Origin: Lytechinus pictus
Taxonomy: Eukaryota
Direction of reading: 5' to 3'
NCBI RefSeq assembly: GCF_037042905.1
Contig: NC_087252.1
Span: 13,950,001-14,013,871, forward strand
Length of the DNA stretch: 63,871 bases
Shown here: positions 1 to 14,204 of the stretch, piece after piece
Layout of the letters: each line of letters begins with the position of its first letter
Position numbering within the stretch: position 1 is the stretch's first letter
Notes under the pieces: model-generated
The model's input: only the letters and a program-made list of their open reading frames with translations
The model's database searches: none
What the model was told of the DNA's origin: nothing
Translations under genes and position numbers: made by a program

Positions 1-477
1 TCAGGTCACATGACCTAGGTCAAATGTCACTTAGCATCAATGAACTTTGGCTATGTTGGGGGTATTTGTGGGATTGTCATAACCTTAAATGTTTATGGAT
101 CCACATGTAGTTAATGAAACTTAGACATAAATGCAACCAGGTAGGCCTATCCCTGTATCCTGTGTGCATGTCAGGTCAAAGGTAATGTAAGGTCAATGAA
201 CTTTGGCCATGTTGGGGGTATTTTTTAACTTGGCATCATATCTTAGAAAGTTTATGGATCTAGTTTATGAAACATAAACATATGGGTAATCAAGGATGAA
301 GGATTGTTTTGCACACATGTTAGGTCACTTGATCATGGTCTAATGCCATTTTGGATCAATGGACATCGTATGAATTGTTCTTACGTGAATATTTTATGCA
401 ATAGCTGTTTTCAAAGTCAAAACTGCTGCTATGTCAAATCGCGTAATGCAGGCGAGACTGACAGAGGCGTTCCACTT
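1..477 (+). mobile_element. 3' part of a Helentron/Helitron-like non-autonomous element
   Basis: Internal repeats of 'aggtcacatgacctaggtcaaa...aatgaactttggc'. The end carries 'tgcaggcgagac', which is complementary to the 'gtttcgcctgca' start of the related fragment at ~8586-8660. Family assignment is by resemblance. Confidence 0.45.
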
Positions 478-1928
478 TGATTAGCTCATTATGTCAATTA
501 AGCAAATCACAACATTAACATTGTTTAAAGTAAAATACGATATCATAAATGAATTCCTCATCATAGAAAACTATTAATTAGCTGTATTATTCATGTTTTC
601 AGGCAATTTTAAAGTATAAAATGACAAAGGAATATATATTAATATGAAATTATATTGTTAATTATGTAAATTAGCGCAGTATACTGATTGTTCTAATTAC
701 ACAATAACATTTGTTAAACGGGGAAAATAATGTCACAAAAGAATTCTTCATAATAGAAAACCATAGGATATCTGTATTATTTATGTTTTCAGGCTGTTGT
801 AGTAATTTGACAAATAAATCTATATATATGTTAATTAGTGCATTAGTTTTCAGGCTTTCTCAATATGAAATGACAAAGGTTAATTAGCGCAATATGCTAA
901 TTACGAATATTACATTGGTAAAAAGGTAAAAATAATGTCATACGTGAATTCCTAGTCATAGGATATTATCGGATAGTACTATTCATGTTTTCGGGCATTC
1001 TTGATATAAAATGACAAAGGAATATATATTCATATGTAAATTATAGCTCATAAGTTAATTAGCGCATTATGCTAATTACGCTAATTTAAACAATAACATT
1101 TGTTAAACGGGAAAAATAATTTCACCAAAGAATTCCTCATAGAATAATGCCATAGGATAGCTGTATTATTTATGTATTCAGGCTGTTGTAGTACTTTGAC
1201 AAATAAATATATATGTTAATTAGTGCATTAGGTTGATTATGCTAATTATGCTAATTACAGCGACTGCATTGTTTAAAATGGAAAAATAATGTCATAAATG
1301 AATTCCTCACCATAGAAAACCATAGGATAGCTATATTATTCATTTTTCGGGCATTCTCGATATGAAATTACAAAGAAATATGTATTTTTATATATTTACA
1401 CACATATATGTTAATTAGTGCATTATGTTAATTATGCTAATTACAGTGATTACATTGCTTAAAATGGAAAAATAATGTCATAAGTGAATTCCTCGCTATA
1501 GAAAACCCTAGAAGGGAAGCATTATCTACGTATTGGGCATTGTTTGGATAGACATCCACAAATACATATATATTACACTTATGCTAATTGGCTCATTATG
1601 CTAATTAGGCTGATTACGATAATTGCATAACAATATTCAAAATATTGTTATGCATGGATTCAACGTCACAGGACCTCTTAGAAAAATGATATTATTTATG
1701 TTTTTAGTCTTTCTGGGTTAAGAGGAGTAGTAAATTACATATCGTACATATGCTAATTAGATGATTATGCTAATTAGGCTAATTAAAAAAATTGCTCAAG
1801 GTTGCCAAGGTGGCAACCAAGCTGAATTTACTTCAATACCCATCTAGAACACAAATCAACAAAAAAAACTTGTACTTAACAACTTTTCCAGGTCTTGTAC
1901 ATGGCCTATGAGACTGTCTACTGGACTA
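478..1928. mobile_element. Right arm of a TAG..CTA-terminated foldback (Academ-like) element with ~200-bp subrepeats
   Basis: Repeated units 'ttatgctaatt...gaattcctcatcatagaaaaccataggatagc'. It ends in ...gtctactggacta (1928), the same architecture as 40355-43723. Confidence 0.5.
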
Positions 1929-2602
1929 TTATACAAAATGCAATATTTGCTCCAGTACTTTCAGCTGCGAAAAATGTGGAAATAGGTTGTTGGCTGTTTT
2001 GGAAAATATGTTTACATTATGATGGGGTGATCATAATTTGCGCACATTTTAAATTTATCATGAAGTTGATTTTCAATCAAAAAATTCTCACAGTTCTCAC
2101 AAAATTAATAAAAAAATAAATACCAGACGGAAGGCAAGATTCCGAAGTCAATTTTGCTTGACGGAATTATGATCGATCGGGAAAAAACGAATTTGGGACT
2201 TTTATTTCGAATTTAGATCAATAAAATCCTTTTTTTTTATTTCATCAAAATGATGTATAACGGAAAGTAAAATCGTGTTTATAGGCGGACATTAAAGTGT
2301 GTACCATTGAGGAGTGGATAGGGGGGGTGTTCAGTATCTTACAAACAGTGCAAAGTTTCCCATTTTAAACATGTTAAAGGTCGTTCCCATGTAGCGTTTG
2401 ATTGCCCTTTTTTGAATCTTCGAGTAAAACTTTTTTTCTGATCATAGTGTAGAATTATAAATGAAAGCCTATAGGGAATTGATACGACAATACAATCGAC
2501 CAATTGCCTACTGAAACACGACTTCCCTGCACACTGTCGAGTGTGATTGCGTAATTCAGAAAAAGTCAGTGGTTTAAAACAAAAATCGTGAATTACGTTT
2601 GA

Positions 2603-3091
2603 AGGGGTACTCCCGGCTGAAAATAATGACTGAACAAATAAAAAAAGGTGACCAAACACTGGAAATTTGATCAAAATCGGACAAGAAATAACGGTTCCAT
2701 CCACGTAGGCTAGGCATGAATATTCACGAGCAAATTGTTGATGTCACATCCCATCTTGTTTTTTGATTTATTCTTTTGTCCTCCAAGAATAAAAAACAGA
2801 TTGGCGACTTATTTCATAAGGGAGGCATGATATCATACACACATGTATGAGAGTATGTATAAAAATATGAAATAACTATGATTTCATGTTATACAAGAAA
2901 AGGGAAGGTGGGGATATGACATTATTAGCCCACCTAATAAATATCTATGACGATGTGCATACATGTATAAGTATTTTCACAAAATATTATTAAAGTTTCA
3001 AGTTCAATGCCCCCGTTATTTCTTATTTGAATTTTGCTTTATGAATTCCACTCCATTTGAGATATAATTCTTTTCAGCCGGAGTACACCCT
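2603..3091. mobile_element. Kolobok-like MITE
   Basis: TIRs aggggtactcccggctgaaa / ttttcagccggagtacaccct, flanked by ttga/ttaa. Confidence 0.6.
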
Positions 3092-3270
3092 TTAACAGAA
3101 GAGGTGTGTTGAATGGTAGTCTTTTGTTCAAGTGTTAAATGATTGTAGACATATGTAAGAAATCGATAATTTTTCTTGCGAAATTTATGTTTGTACACAA
3201 CGTTTGAGGTGTGTCATTAGAAAGCTTTTTTTTAGAATAATACCTAGTTACTATAATGATTATTATTATC

Positions 3271-3458
3271 CCGGTGGGTGTTTCATAAAGTTGTTCGTAA
3301 GTTAAGGACGACTTTAAGAATGAGTGGTGAACCTTCCTTACGTGCGAAATAATCACCAATGCACATTAAATGGTGAATATCATTTACCACAAGAAAGAAT
3401 CACCGGTGGTTCTTACGTCACTTATAACCTACGAATAGCTTTATGAAATAGCACCCGG
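3271..3458. mobile_element. Harbinger-like MITE (second copy at 24972-25159)
   Basis: Terminal inverted repeats gggtgtttcataaag / ctttatgaaatagcaccc; internal sequence shared with 24972-25159. Confidence 0.55.
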
Positions 3459-3617
3459 TCCACTTTCAATATATAGGCCTAATGTCTCTTTTACACGAAT
3501 CGTTTTTGTTCTGGGGTATCATCTCAATATGTCCGTAATTAAGAATTAACTTATTTACATATGTTATAAACATGTGATTTTAAATTCATTGTGAAAATGG
3601 GAAATATATATTTATAG

Positions 3618-3618
<1 letters not shown>

Positions 3619-3670
<52 letters not shown>
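3619..3670. repeat. (TA)n microsatellite
   Basis: Seen directly. Confidence 0.95.
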
Positions 3671-3671
<1 letters not shown>

Positions 3672-4256
3672 CAGGTGTGAGTATTATATATTACATTCAA
3701 TGTGTAAACATAAAACTTGGTTCGTTTGGTGTATGATTCACGATCTTATCAGGTTGGTGCGTCGGACAGCTATCAGGTTATTTGGTGGAAGTAATAAGTA
3801 TCTGAATAAAAAAAAAACATTAGGCGTATTTCAAAGTTTGTATTGCTCATATCATTTTGTGTGACTATGTACAATGTGAAATTATTTAGCTCGGATGCAT
3901 CATTCACGTGCCTCCCATTCGGACGACATTCCTGTGGATATTCCCTTTGGTTACAACGTTTTGTGTACATACCTTCTCCTATAGATATTCCCGACCTTTC
4001 GTTGGAAGAACGCGAACGCTTATTTACGACGTTAGTTGATTTTGGAAGAGACTTTTGGGCCCGTCGTCATGGTCGTAAAACTCTGTACTGCAAATTGTGT
4101 GACATGAGATTTTTTTTCGTTTCGCATCTGGAACGGAAACATTAAATTTGCGTTTCGTGTGCAGAATTCTGGTTGCTACTATGGTAACAGCGATATATCC
4201 GATTTAGGACGACTTTCCGAAGCCACATTTGGTGCCTCCCAGAGCTCGAGAGGCCG

Positions 4257-4556
4257 CCCGGGGAGCCCACTTCCATTAAATAGTGGATACCAGCCTCGAC
4301 CACGCGGAAAAAGGGAAAGAGTGGGCAAGTACGTTACGTATAGACCTATGTAACGTTGTAAGGGTGTCAAAACGATGTTTAAAATACTGAAAAGGAGGAT
4401 ATGTTTTCAATACTTGTAGGGTTTCACAAGCTAAATACTTGTTAAGAGATGCATTTTCATAATCTGGAAAATCCTTGCTTCCCTTGTTTAGGGTGCTTTT
4501 CGAAACCACATGGTCGTGCCTGGTATCCACTCATCAATGGAAGTGGTCCCCCCGGG
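4257..4556. mobile_element. MITE with ~50-bp CCCGGGG-start TIRs
   Basis: cccggggagcccacttccatt...gtggataccag...cgaccac matches the reverse complement of 4506-4556. Confidence 0.6.
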
Positions 4557-6313
4557 AATTCGAATCAAAGCCCCATTTCTGGGGAAAGTAAAATATAATG
4601 CCCATTACATTGTGTGCTATAGAGGCATATCGTTTGTTTAGGAGTAAACAAAAGAAAAAAACCCAAGTACGTGTCCAGACGTATACATGCTGTGTACATA
4701 ATCAACGCATGCGAAATGGTTTCAGCTGGAGAGGTGATTTGACCCATCGAATCAATTGCCAGAGATCCACCAATAATCCACATTAAATGCAATATCGATT
4801 CGATTGACTGTAATGATCTATATCTAAGCCTTAATCAGTAACTTTTTCCTCACTCAATATGTACTCGATTTGTTTGAAAAACCACTTTCTTATCCATCTC
4901 GTAATCTATTTTAGGTCCAGTATTTCGAATATCTCCAGACATCAGTCGTAATGTACATGCATGTATGGTGCGGGTGTCGCGGGAAAGAATTTTGCACACG
5001 AAAAGCAGATCTGTAGGGCCTGTAACCCCCTTGTAACACAAAGCTTAGCATTGATTGTAGAGCGTTTTCTACGTTTGCTTCTATTGACTATAATGTTCAA
5101 TCAATCTTAAAAATCAAGTGTATGATTAAGCGTTAATTTTTGTGTAAGGGGACCCTAATATTAGCGTCCGTGAGGATTGCGAAAAGTGGCAAATTAGCGA
5201 TTCAAGAATACGGTAAGTGTATTGGATGTGCTCGTGCTGGGAGGTCTTTGTCAAAGATTAATGAACCGGAACAGAAGTTTCGTCCTAAGTTTCGCATGCA
5301 GCTGAGGAAAAAATTGAAATAATTATGTCGTTTGTCAAGAGTTCAAGACGAAACTGCTGTTTTAATTCACCAATTTTCGACAAAGACTTCTTGGCTGTTT
5401 ATTGTCACGAAGGGCCTTTGACAATACGTTTTCAACGTTCTTGAATCCGTCGTGCCTCGATGAGTGAAAACTTTTCAGGCGTGGAAGTTTCAGTGAACGC
5501 TAATTAAGTACCAGTCAAATAAAAACACGGATCCCGAAGAGTCTACACAGCAATTCCCGGATCGAGCCGGCATAATCTACAATGATCTAGGGGTAAATTA
5601 CAAACTCGTCTATTGCCAACTAGCCCACTCATTACATGGTCTACGTTCATTGAGTCTAATGCCATTCCGTCTAACAGCATTTCGTCTGATAACCAGTTGG
5701 TCCAATAATCACCGGTTCGTTTATGACATTGTTTCATAACCAGTTGGTCTAATACCCATTTATTTTCAATTTCATTTCGCCCAATTAACACTTAATCCAA
5801 TTGACCTATTGGACCAACCCGATATTACACGAATTGTGAGTGGACGAGATGGCAATTATACCCTGTGGATAATGGTATGATTGAGGTAGACCAAATGATA
5901 GACGAGTTAGTAATAGGACAAATTGGCATTTTAAACAGAAGAATATGGGGAGGTCCGGGACTGAGTGTCGACGTGTAGACTGCATAAATGGGGGGGGGGG
6001 GGGTCTGGATAGGCCTCATCATCCTCCCCCACTTTGGAACAACAGAGGAACGACTCAAACCATCCCATATTGCTCTGCACACAGTAGTCCACGGATGACG
6101 TTGGATATTTTTCACCTCGCCGCGGAGGAAAACTATTATATAGTTCCCCGAGAAACAAATATTACTATGAAAAGAACATGACGTGTTATATTGTTACCAA
6201 ATGGAAATAAATGTAGGATAGGCTTATTTCTAGAAAATTTTGCTGCCTCACCATTTGATTATAGTTGCGGACCTCGGTGCGGTATATCCATTGGCTCTTC
6301 TCTCGCATCGTTT

Positions 6314-8117
6314 ATAGGCGGATCCAGGGGGCGAGGGACCTCCCCCTTCCTCCCTCCCCCTGTTTTAACGGTGCCCAAAAAGGGGAGGAAAAAAGAGAAG
6401 GGAAAAGAGAGAAGAAAAAAGAAGAGGAAACATAAGAGGAAAAAGACGAGTGAATAAGATAAGATTAGGGGAAGACTTGGAAAATAATTGTTAAAATCTA
6501 TCCTGTCACTATTTAAAATGTTCGGTCGCGCTTCGCGCTCGCATTGCCTTTTTAGGTGATTTACAAATATGGAGCTGAAAATAAAACATTTTTTAATCAA
6601 TAAACAGAACATGTTTCAGCTCGGAAATCGAACTTGCATTATTTTGTTTGATTTAAATTGATATGTTTAAAAATGCTATGTAAAAATAAAATCTGTTTTA
6701 TGGTCTGAATATTAACATTTCACGCTGCGCGCTCGCAAAATTTGATTTGTCAGGTATCTACTATTTTCCTGTATTCCATAAAGTCCTCAAATAACCCTAT
6801 TTAGGTCAGATTGTCAAACCGTTTCAGCAAGCGCTGCACGCTCGAATATTGATTGGTGAGTTATGTATATCTCATTATTTTTTCTATACTAAATTACTTC
6901 AAATCCCCTCTAATGACAATTGATCAAAAATATCTGCTTGCGATTTGCGCTCGCATTGTTGATTGTTGAAAATATATTAACTCATGCATATTTATTATAA
7001 CTACAAAAGTGCTTCAAATTTGCAGTTTTCAGGCCATAATATTAACAGACTCCGCGCTCTCATTAGGGTTTGATTAATAAATGAGATATTAATTCAATAA
7101 TCAAATCATTCTTTTTTTAGAATGGAATATCGACAAGTTTCATCTCGCGCTTCGGAAGAGAAATGGGAAGATAGTCATCATTTTCATATGATGACATAAA
7201 GTTCTTGGAATGTCCCGGTCTTATGTCAAAACTCAAAGTAATAGTAATGAAACATAGATCCATATCCAACCCACAATTCCCCTACAAAGTGCTTGAAATA
7301 CAGAGCTTAAATTGACTGCTTTTCAGATCGGAATATCAATTGTTTTAAGTTCGTGCTTCGTAAGGGTATGTAGAATGCCCAGATTCTACTGTTCTAGGTC
7401 GATACGCAGCTTGTTCTCTAATAAAATCATTATCCAATTTCAGATCACAATATAAAAAAAAAATTCTGCTCGCGTATTTCGCTCGCATCATTTATGTGGG
7501 AAGATTTCCAATTACTCATCATCTTCATGATTTACAAAACATGAATAGAGTGTCCCATATTAGGTGTAAATCTAGATTTTATTTCCGGCCGCGCTTTGCG
7601 CTCACATCTATATACTTATCCTAGTGATTAGAATTTCCATTCTTCTGGTAGAAATGCCAGACATTTTAGCTGGCGCTCTGCGGTGTAATTGTATGATTGT
7701 TGAAATATACTTAGCGTCCCCATGGTTAACTGCAAGCAGCCGTTAACAGATCCTTTTTTACATCAGATCAAAACATATTTTTTTTTTAATTTGCTCGCGT
7801 CTTTGCGCTCGCAGTAATTATTAAGTTGGAAACATATTTCGTTTAGGATCACAAAAATTGCAAAGAATGTTTAAATTTTAGGAAAGAATATATGAAATTT
7901 AAAAAAATAGCTCGCGCTTCGCGCTCTCACTGTTTAAATAAGGCGTATGAGATTATTATATATTTGAGTTGATTTATAAGAATAAAGCTTATAAGTGACT
8001 ATTAGGACTATCCCTTCAAAGAAACAGACAAAGATCACCTTCGAGCGGCCGATCGGGGAAAATGTGGCTGACACCCCCCCCCCCCCCCCCTATTGGCGAA
8101 GGCTGGATCCGCCCCTG
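6314..8117 (+). mobile_element. ~1.8-kb non-autonomous DNA element (hAT-like GGCGGATCCAG ends) with periodic GCTCGCGCTTCGCGCTCGCA motifs
   Basis: ataggcggatccag at the left end and ctggatccgcccctg at the right end; collinear homolog at 61548-63871. Confidence 0.6.
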
Positions 8118-10149
8118 TTTGGCCCTGCATGCACGCGCTTACGTGCATTATTAGTATAATGTTCATGACGACTTGTATCAAAGCACAATGCTTTGAATGT
8201 GTTTTAACTCCCATTTTGAAATCGTGTTAACCGACAGTATCGGTAGCTAGGAAAGGTGTGTTATAGGTCTTACTCCCCCTATAAAAAGACACATCTTGTC
8301 TCCAACATTCACGTAAATTGTGTAAACCAGGCTAGAATTACTTTATTCTCAAAATCTTTTATCATTTTTTTTTGTTGGGGGGAGAGGCCCTATTATTGAA
8401 AGTGGACCTCTATTGTACATGATTAAGTCCATTATTTACAACATATTTGGACTGTTTTATTCTAAAAGGAACTTAATACACATTTATCGTTATGTATCAA
8501 TTTAAAAAAATTCTAGACACTTTCTTTTTCACGGATTTAGTTCCTTTTCGAATGTTTTAAAAGAATCTTATTCGACTGTCCATTTTTTGTTTCGCCTGCA
8601 TAGCAGAGCGAGACTATCGGCGCCGCTTTTCCGATGGCGGCGGCGACATCAACATCAAAGCTTCAGTTGATAAGGTTTCCAAGAGTGCTCAATGCCAGTG
8701 CAAATCAATATACATATGTATTATGTGTAACGATATTATATTCCGCGTGTTGGATACACATGGAGAGACAAACAGTATATCTTTGCCTCTTTTGTGTGTG
8801 AGGGTGTGTGTGTGTTTGAGGGATGGTGTGTGTGTGTCTCTCTCTCTCTTTCTCTCTCTCTACATTATATGTATATATATATATATTACCATTTGGAAAT
8901 TGGAATTGTCATTTCATGCATTAGATCGAGTTATTTTGTCTTTAGGTGTGTGTGGTGTGTGTGAACTCTGGGGATTGAAACTCGACTTTCAAGCGAGTTT
9001 CCTCTTGGGCAGATTGTTGTCTCACTCAATGAAATGTGAGCGCGAAGCATGAGCGATTATTTTTTCGATAATGACCTGATTTTAAAACAATTATTAGTCG
9101 ATTGTTTCATTCAATTTTCTTCCTTTACCTATCCCTTTTCTTCGTTTGCTCCTCTCATTCCCTTTTCACCCCTCGTTTTGTGTTTGAAATCAAGGTGTTT
9201 GCACAGACCCCATACCCCTCCCCCATCCTGGCCACAGCCCGTTGACACACATGCCTATTATCTGCGGTAGACTCTTGACATTCAAAGACACATTATATAC
9301 CATCATTTTCATCACACTTGGGGGACAGGGGGAACGCGTTCCCCTGAAATATTAAGGTTGGAGGATAGAATGGATCATGGATAGTGTACCCCTGAGAAGT
9401 TTATCTTAGGTTTTAAAACAAGCATCGAACTTTATGATCATCTTTGTTGCACTGTCCCCTCGCTTGATTTCTTCGTGTACATTGACGGGGCTGATTTGGG
9501 GGATAATATAACATGATGCACCTTGTTTGGAAGTTTTGTTAATTACTCATTCATTAATCTACTCATTTAGATAATTCATTATTTGAAGGGGATTTTTTAT
9601 TTTTTTTATAAACAGAGGCTGTATCATCAGACTTTCCGCATGTTCAAGGTGGTCCACATCTATATGCTCCATTGAACGCGAAACAGAAGGGAAAAGGGAC
9701 CTAACAAAAACGTTATTTTACAATAAGTGCTCACTCAGGTGTGTGCTGCTTTATGATGCAAAATGATTTTTGTATTATATTTGATCACCTTTGGTTCCTT
9801 GTCTATATCAAGCTCTGTATGACACATTCAGATATTGAAAGTCTACATGCCTGTAGAATGTAGTCATATCATTGTACTTTGCTATGCGCATTTGGCCTGA
9901 ATCGAGTGCCTTGTACTACCATGACTACTTGCGTACAATCAAGTATCATTTCCCATTCAATCTGATATCTCTCAATTGCATATTTCGAAATGGCTCTGAT
10001 AAACGTTTCACGTTTGACTGTGATAGGAATCGCATTTATATTCTCCTGCTTCATTCAAGGTAAATAAAACGTCTTTTCCCCACTTTGTGCAAACTATTTG
10101 ATACATGGAAATTTCCGAAATATATACGCCAATATCTTTTAAAGGCAGT

Positions 10150-10442
10150 GGCCCGTATTCTGAAGTCGGGTTTAACTTAAACTCAGGTTCAAAGTTGTGA
10201 TTTAAGTATGGGTAGCCAATTGTTACATAAATCACTAACGGTAGAGATATCATATTTCAGCTCATTTGGCTAAGAATATATATATATAGAGATTATTGTC
10301 TTCAGTATCGATGAATCATGAAAGAGCACAGTAAACATAAGAAACAGACAACTTTTAAAAAAATTGATACTTTTGGCTTCCCATACTTAAACCACAACTT
10401 TGAACCTGAGTTTAAGTTAAACCTGACTTCAGAATACGGGCC
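10150..10442. mobile_element. Harbinger-like MITE with long TIRs
   Basis: ggcccgtattctgaagtc...aaagttgtg vs cacaactttg...gacttcagaatacgggcc; related copy at 28853-29134. Confidence 0.7.
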
Positions 10443-10708
10443 ACTATCTTTTTTTCAAGCTCATTCTAACAAAAAGTTCATTTTACTAACAAGGGGAAAC
10501 ACAACAAGGATAACACTGGACATTTTAACACAAGTCAGGTGTAAAATAAGAGATATATCACTGGCATTTTATGTTTCGGTTTTCACCGCAAATCCTTTTT
10601 GATATGCATATAATAATAATAATAATAATAATAACATTTGTAGGGCGCTTTATACTGGTGTTTCAAAGCGCACAGGTTGGCAGATTATAATAGTATACAG
10701 TCAATCGG

Positions 10709-10740
<32 letters not shown>

Positions 10741-10741
10741 G

Positions 10742-13700
10742 TTATGAGAAAAGGTGAGCTTTAAGTGACGATTTGAAAATTTATACGGAGGGAGCATTTT
10801 GGATATGAATTGGGAGTTTATTCCAGAGGGTGGGAGCAATTACAGAAAATGCACGATCACCATATCGGGTCTTAGTGCGAGGGCCATGAATTAAATTATT
10901 GGAATATGATGAACGTAAGGATCTGACAGAAGAGGAAGAACGAAGGGAAATAAGGTCTTGGAGATATTTGGGTGACATATTATGGGTAATTTTGTATACA
11001 ATGAGTAGAATTTTGAACGTTATGCGAGAGTGAACCGGAAGCCAATGAAGTGATCGGAGAATAGGGGTGATGTGTTCGTGTTTCTTGCTCAAGGTTACCA
11101 TTCTCGCTGCAGTGTTGAGGATTCGCTGGAGGGGAGAGATGGAAGAAATTGGGAGGCCGGCAAAGAGGGAGTTGCAATAGTCTAGATGGGATGAGACGAA
11201 GGCATGAATGAGTTTTTCAGTAGAGGCTTGGTCGAGTAGTCGCCTGACCTTACCAATCCTAAATAAACCCCATGATGCTGATTTGCAGATGTTCCTGATA
11301 TGTGGCTGGAGGGTAAGGTGCTTGTCTAAAGTGACACCAAGGTCTTTGACAGAGTCAGACATCTTAAGTATGCCCTCTCCCATATTGAAGTCTGGCAGAG
11401 GCTCCGTAGCTCTAAATTGCGAAGAAAGATGTACCAGTTCTGATTTGGCTTCGTTGAGACGGAGTCTGTTCTTCGCTGACCAGACCTTGATGTCCTTGAG
11501 GCAGTCACTCAGTAGATTAACAGCATATGTCTTCTGGTCGGATGCCATGGATACGTAGATTTGCGTGTCATCTGCATACATGGCATAACTCACACCCCGA
11601 TGGCTAGTGATAATTTTTGCAAGAGGACCAGTGTACAGAAGAAATAGGAGAGGGCCCACAACAGAACCTTGGGGGACTCCGCAGCTCAAAGCGAAAGGTG
11701 CTGAGAAAGTTCCATTGATAATCACCCGCTGAGTACGATCTTGCAGGTATGACTCAATCCAATTTTGAGCCGTTCCGGTAATGGAGTAGTCATGTGCAAG
11801 ACGCTGGAGCAACACTGAGTGGTCTAAAGTGTCAAACGCAGAACGCAGAATAGTCCAGTAGAAGGAGTGCAGCTTCGTTACCCTTGTCGACGGTAAGCAG
11901 TAGATCGTTGAGTACTTTCAAGAGAGCCGTTTCTGTTGAATGAAAGTTGCGATATGCTGACTGCTTCTCAGGAAGTAAATGATGACTGTCCACATAGCAC
12001 ATGAGCTGGGATGCGACGATTCTCTCCAAAACCTTGCTAACAAATGGCAGGTTGGCGATAGGGCGATAATTGCCAAAGTCATTCGGATCAAGATTGGGCT
12101 TTTTCAACAGAGGAAGAACTAGTGATGATTTGAATGATTCAGGGACAACACCTGTTGTGAGTGATGAATTGATAATGTTTATGAGAAGCGGTAGAAGTTC
12201 ATCAATACAGTCTTTGAGCAACCAAGTTGGAAGAGGATCAAGACTGCAGAACTTCGGTGGTAATGACTTGATGAGATGGCGAAGTTGAACTTCAGTCACT
12301 GGAGTAAACTCACTCAGTTTGCAATTCAAAGAGCCCACAGGATGTTGTTGATCACTAGGAACGTCAGGTGCAAAAGAGGACACAATATCACTGATCCTCT
12401 TGCTAAAGAATTCACTGAATTTGTTGGCGAGATCAGAAGCAGATGAGTGTTCAGGATAAATGGAGGACTGAGAGGGGGTGGTGAGTTTCTGTACAATACT
12501 AAATAGCTGTTTGGAGTCGGCGTTAGCGATTTCAGATCTAAAGTATTTTGATTTGGCATCAGTGAGGAGATTGTAGTAAGTTTCGCATTCTTGACGATAT
12601 AATGTCTTATCAACCTGCAGGCCAGACTTCATCATTCGACGTTCTGCGCGTCGCCTCAGTCGCCGTGCCTCCCTAATTTCAGCAGAGAACCAGGGAGCTT
12701 TTGGTCTAACTGTAACAGTCACAGTCTGCAGAGGGGCGTGCTTGTCCATCAGTTTACCAAGACAGTCGTTATACAGATAAGCAGCCTCAGATGGGCAAGA
12801 GGGAAATTGAATGGAATCTAAGACATCTTTAACATCCAGACTAAAAGATTTAGGGTCAATGTTAGAAAGTTTCCTGAAAGTCACTTTCTTCTTGGGGTTT
12901 TGGGGCCCTTTGAGATTAATAGTACATATAATAGCAGAGTGATCAGATGGCAGAGATGGTAAAATGCTATGCTGGGAGATAATATCTTCCGAATTTCTAC
13001 TAAGGATAAGGTCGAGTGTATGACCAGCCTTGTGTGTAGGCCCGTTGATGTGTTGTTTGAATCCAAGGGCTTCCACTCCATTAAGAAAAGATCTAGCAAA
13101 ATTGTCTGAAGAATCATCCACGTGAATATTAAAGTCACCAAGAAGAATAGGAGGATGAACATCCACAGCAGCACTTTCCAGAAGAGTGAGAAACTCTTCA
13201 AGAAAATCACCACTTGAAAAAGTGTGCCGGGAGGATTGGGGTGGGCGGTAAATGCAATACAGTTTAACAGGAGATGATGGGGTAAGATGGACGGTTAGAT
13301 CCAAAAATTCAAATGAGGAACAATTGAAGGTTTCATTTACAACACAGCGTGCTGTGGACCTGTAGAGGACACATATACCTCCTCCCCTAGTCTTCCTGGG
13401 ACGATTGATAATGTTGTAATTTGGAAGGGACAATTTCAACTGCGCAATAGTAGGGTCATCTCTGTGATCACCTGAAAACCAAGACTCAGTGATAACTAAT
13501 ACATCAATATCATTATCTATGATCAAAGAAGTCACTACATCAATCTTGTTTGTCAAGGATCGTGCATTCCATAAACCTAAACGAGTACGAGTAGGCCTCG
13601 AAGGAAGGGGATGCGGCCTTGAGACCATACGCCTGTGTCCGCGATGAGTAGGACCATGTCGGCGGATACCAAGGTCACAAATCCTTTTCCAAACAGTCAG

Positions 13701-14204
13701 AGGAAGATGATGAGAAGGCTTCCTATCTAACTGATGGAGAGTGAGAACATCATATTGAATACGATCTGACTGTGAACTGTTACAATATTCATTAGTAGAT
13801 TTAAATGAATCAACATCATAGCGTGGGCCTGGATTCATATGAATATCACCTGATAGTAAAATGGCTAACTGAAAACAGGCACTTGTATTGCTATAGTAAG
13901 CAATAGGCCTACTACAGTACTTCAGATGCCTGTATACAGGAATAACAGAACATGAATAGGTAACTCTGGCATCAGAAGGCAGAGTGAATACATGGTTAAT
14001 ATTCAAAAGAAATACAATCAATGATACACAAAAGAAGAACCTAAGGAACTTAATCCCCTCCATTGTAGATGGAATGTCACTACTGTCTGTGATTAGAGAG
14101 GCAGAAGTGAAGTACAAACTGAACTGCCTGAACAATAAGTAAAATAGACAGTGAATAGAGGCATGAGTGTAACACAGGACACTGAAAATGGCAGTGTTGA
14201 GCAA
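10742..14204 (-). pseudogene. L2 ORF2 endonuclease/reverse transcriptase, two lesions
   Basis: ORFs 11832-14204 and 10781-11815 are joined by a ~4-nt insertion in the LDYSAAFD motif (~11835-11850). A TAA at 10781-10783 precedes the normal C-terminal IFKSSLKAHLFS* (to 10742). Confidence 0.88.
13824..13850 (-). other. 2A-like (StopGo) motif GDIHMNPGP upstream of the APE domain
   Basis: Translation ACFQLAILLSGDIHMNPGP; the consensus is D(V/I)ExNPGP, with H in place of E here. Confidence 0.75.

Noticed and set aside
10711-10736. Poly(A) tail of a plus-strand retrocopy
   Set aside because: The LINE is on the minus strand; this run is an internal T tract and the real tail is the (ATT)n at 10611-10634.
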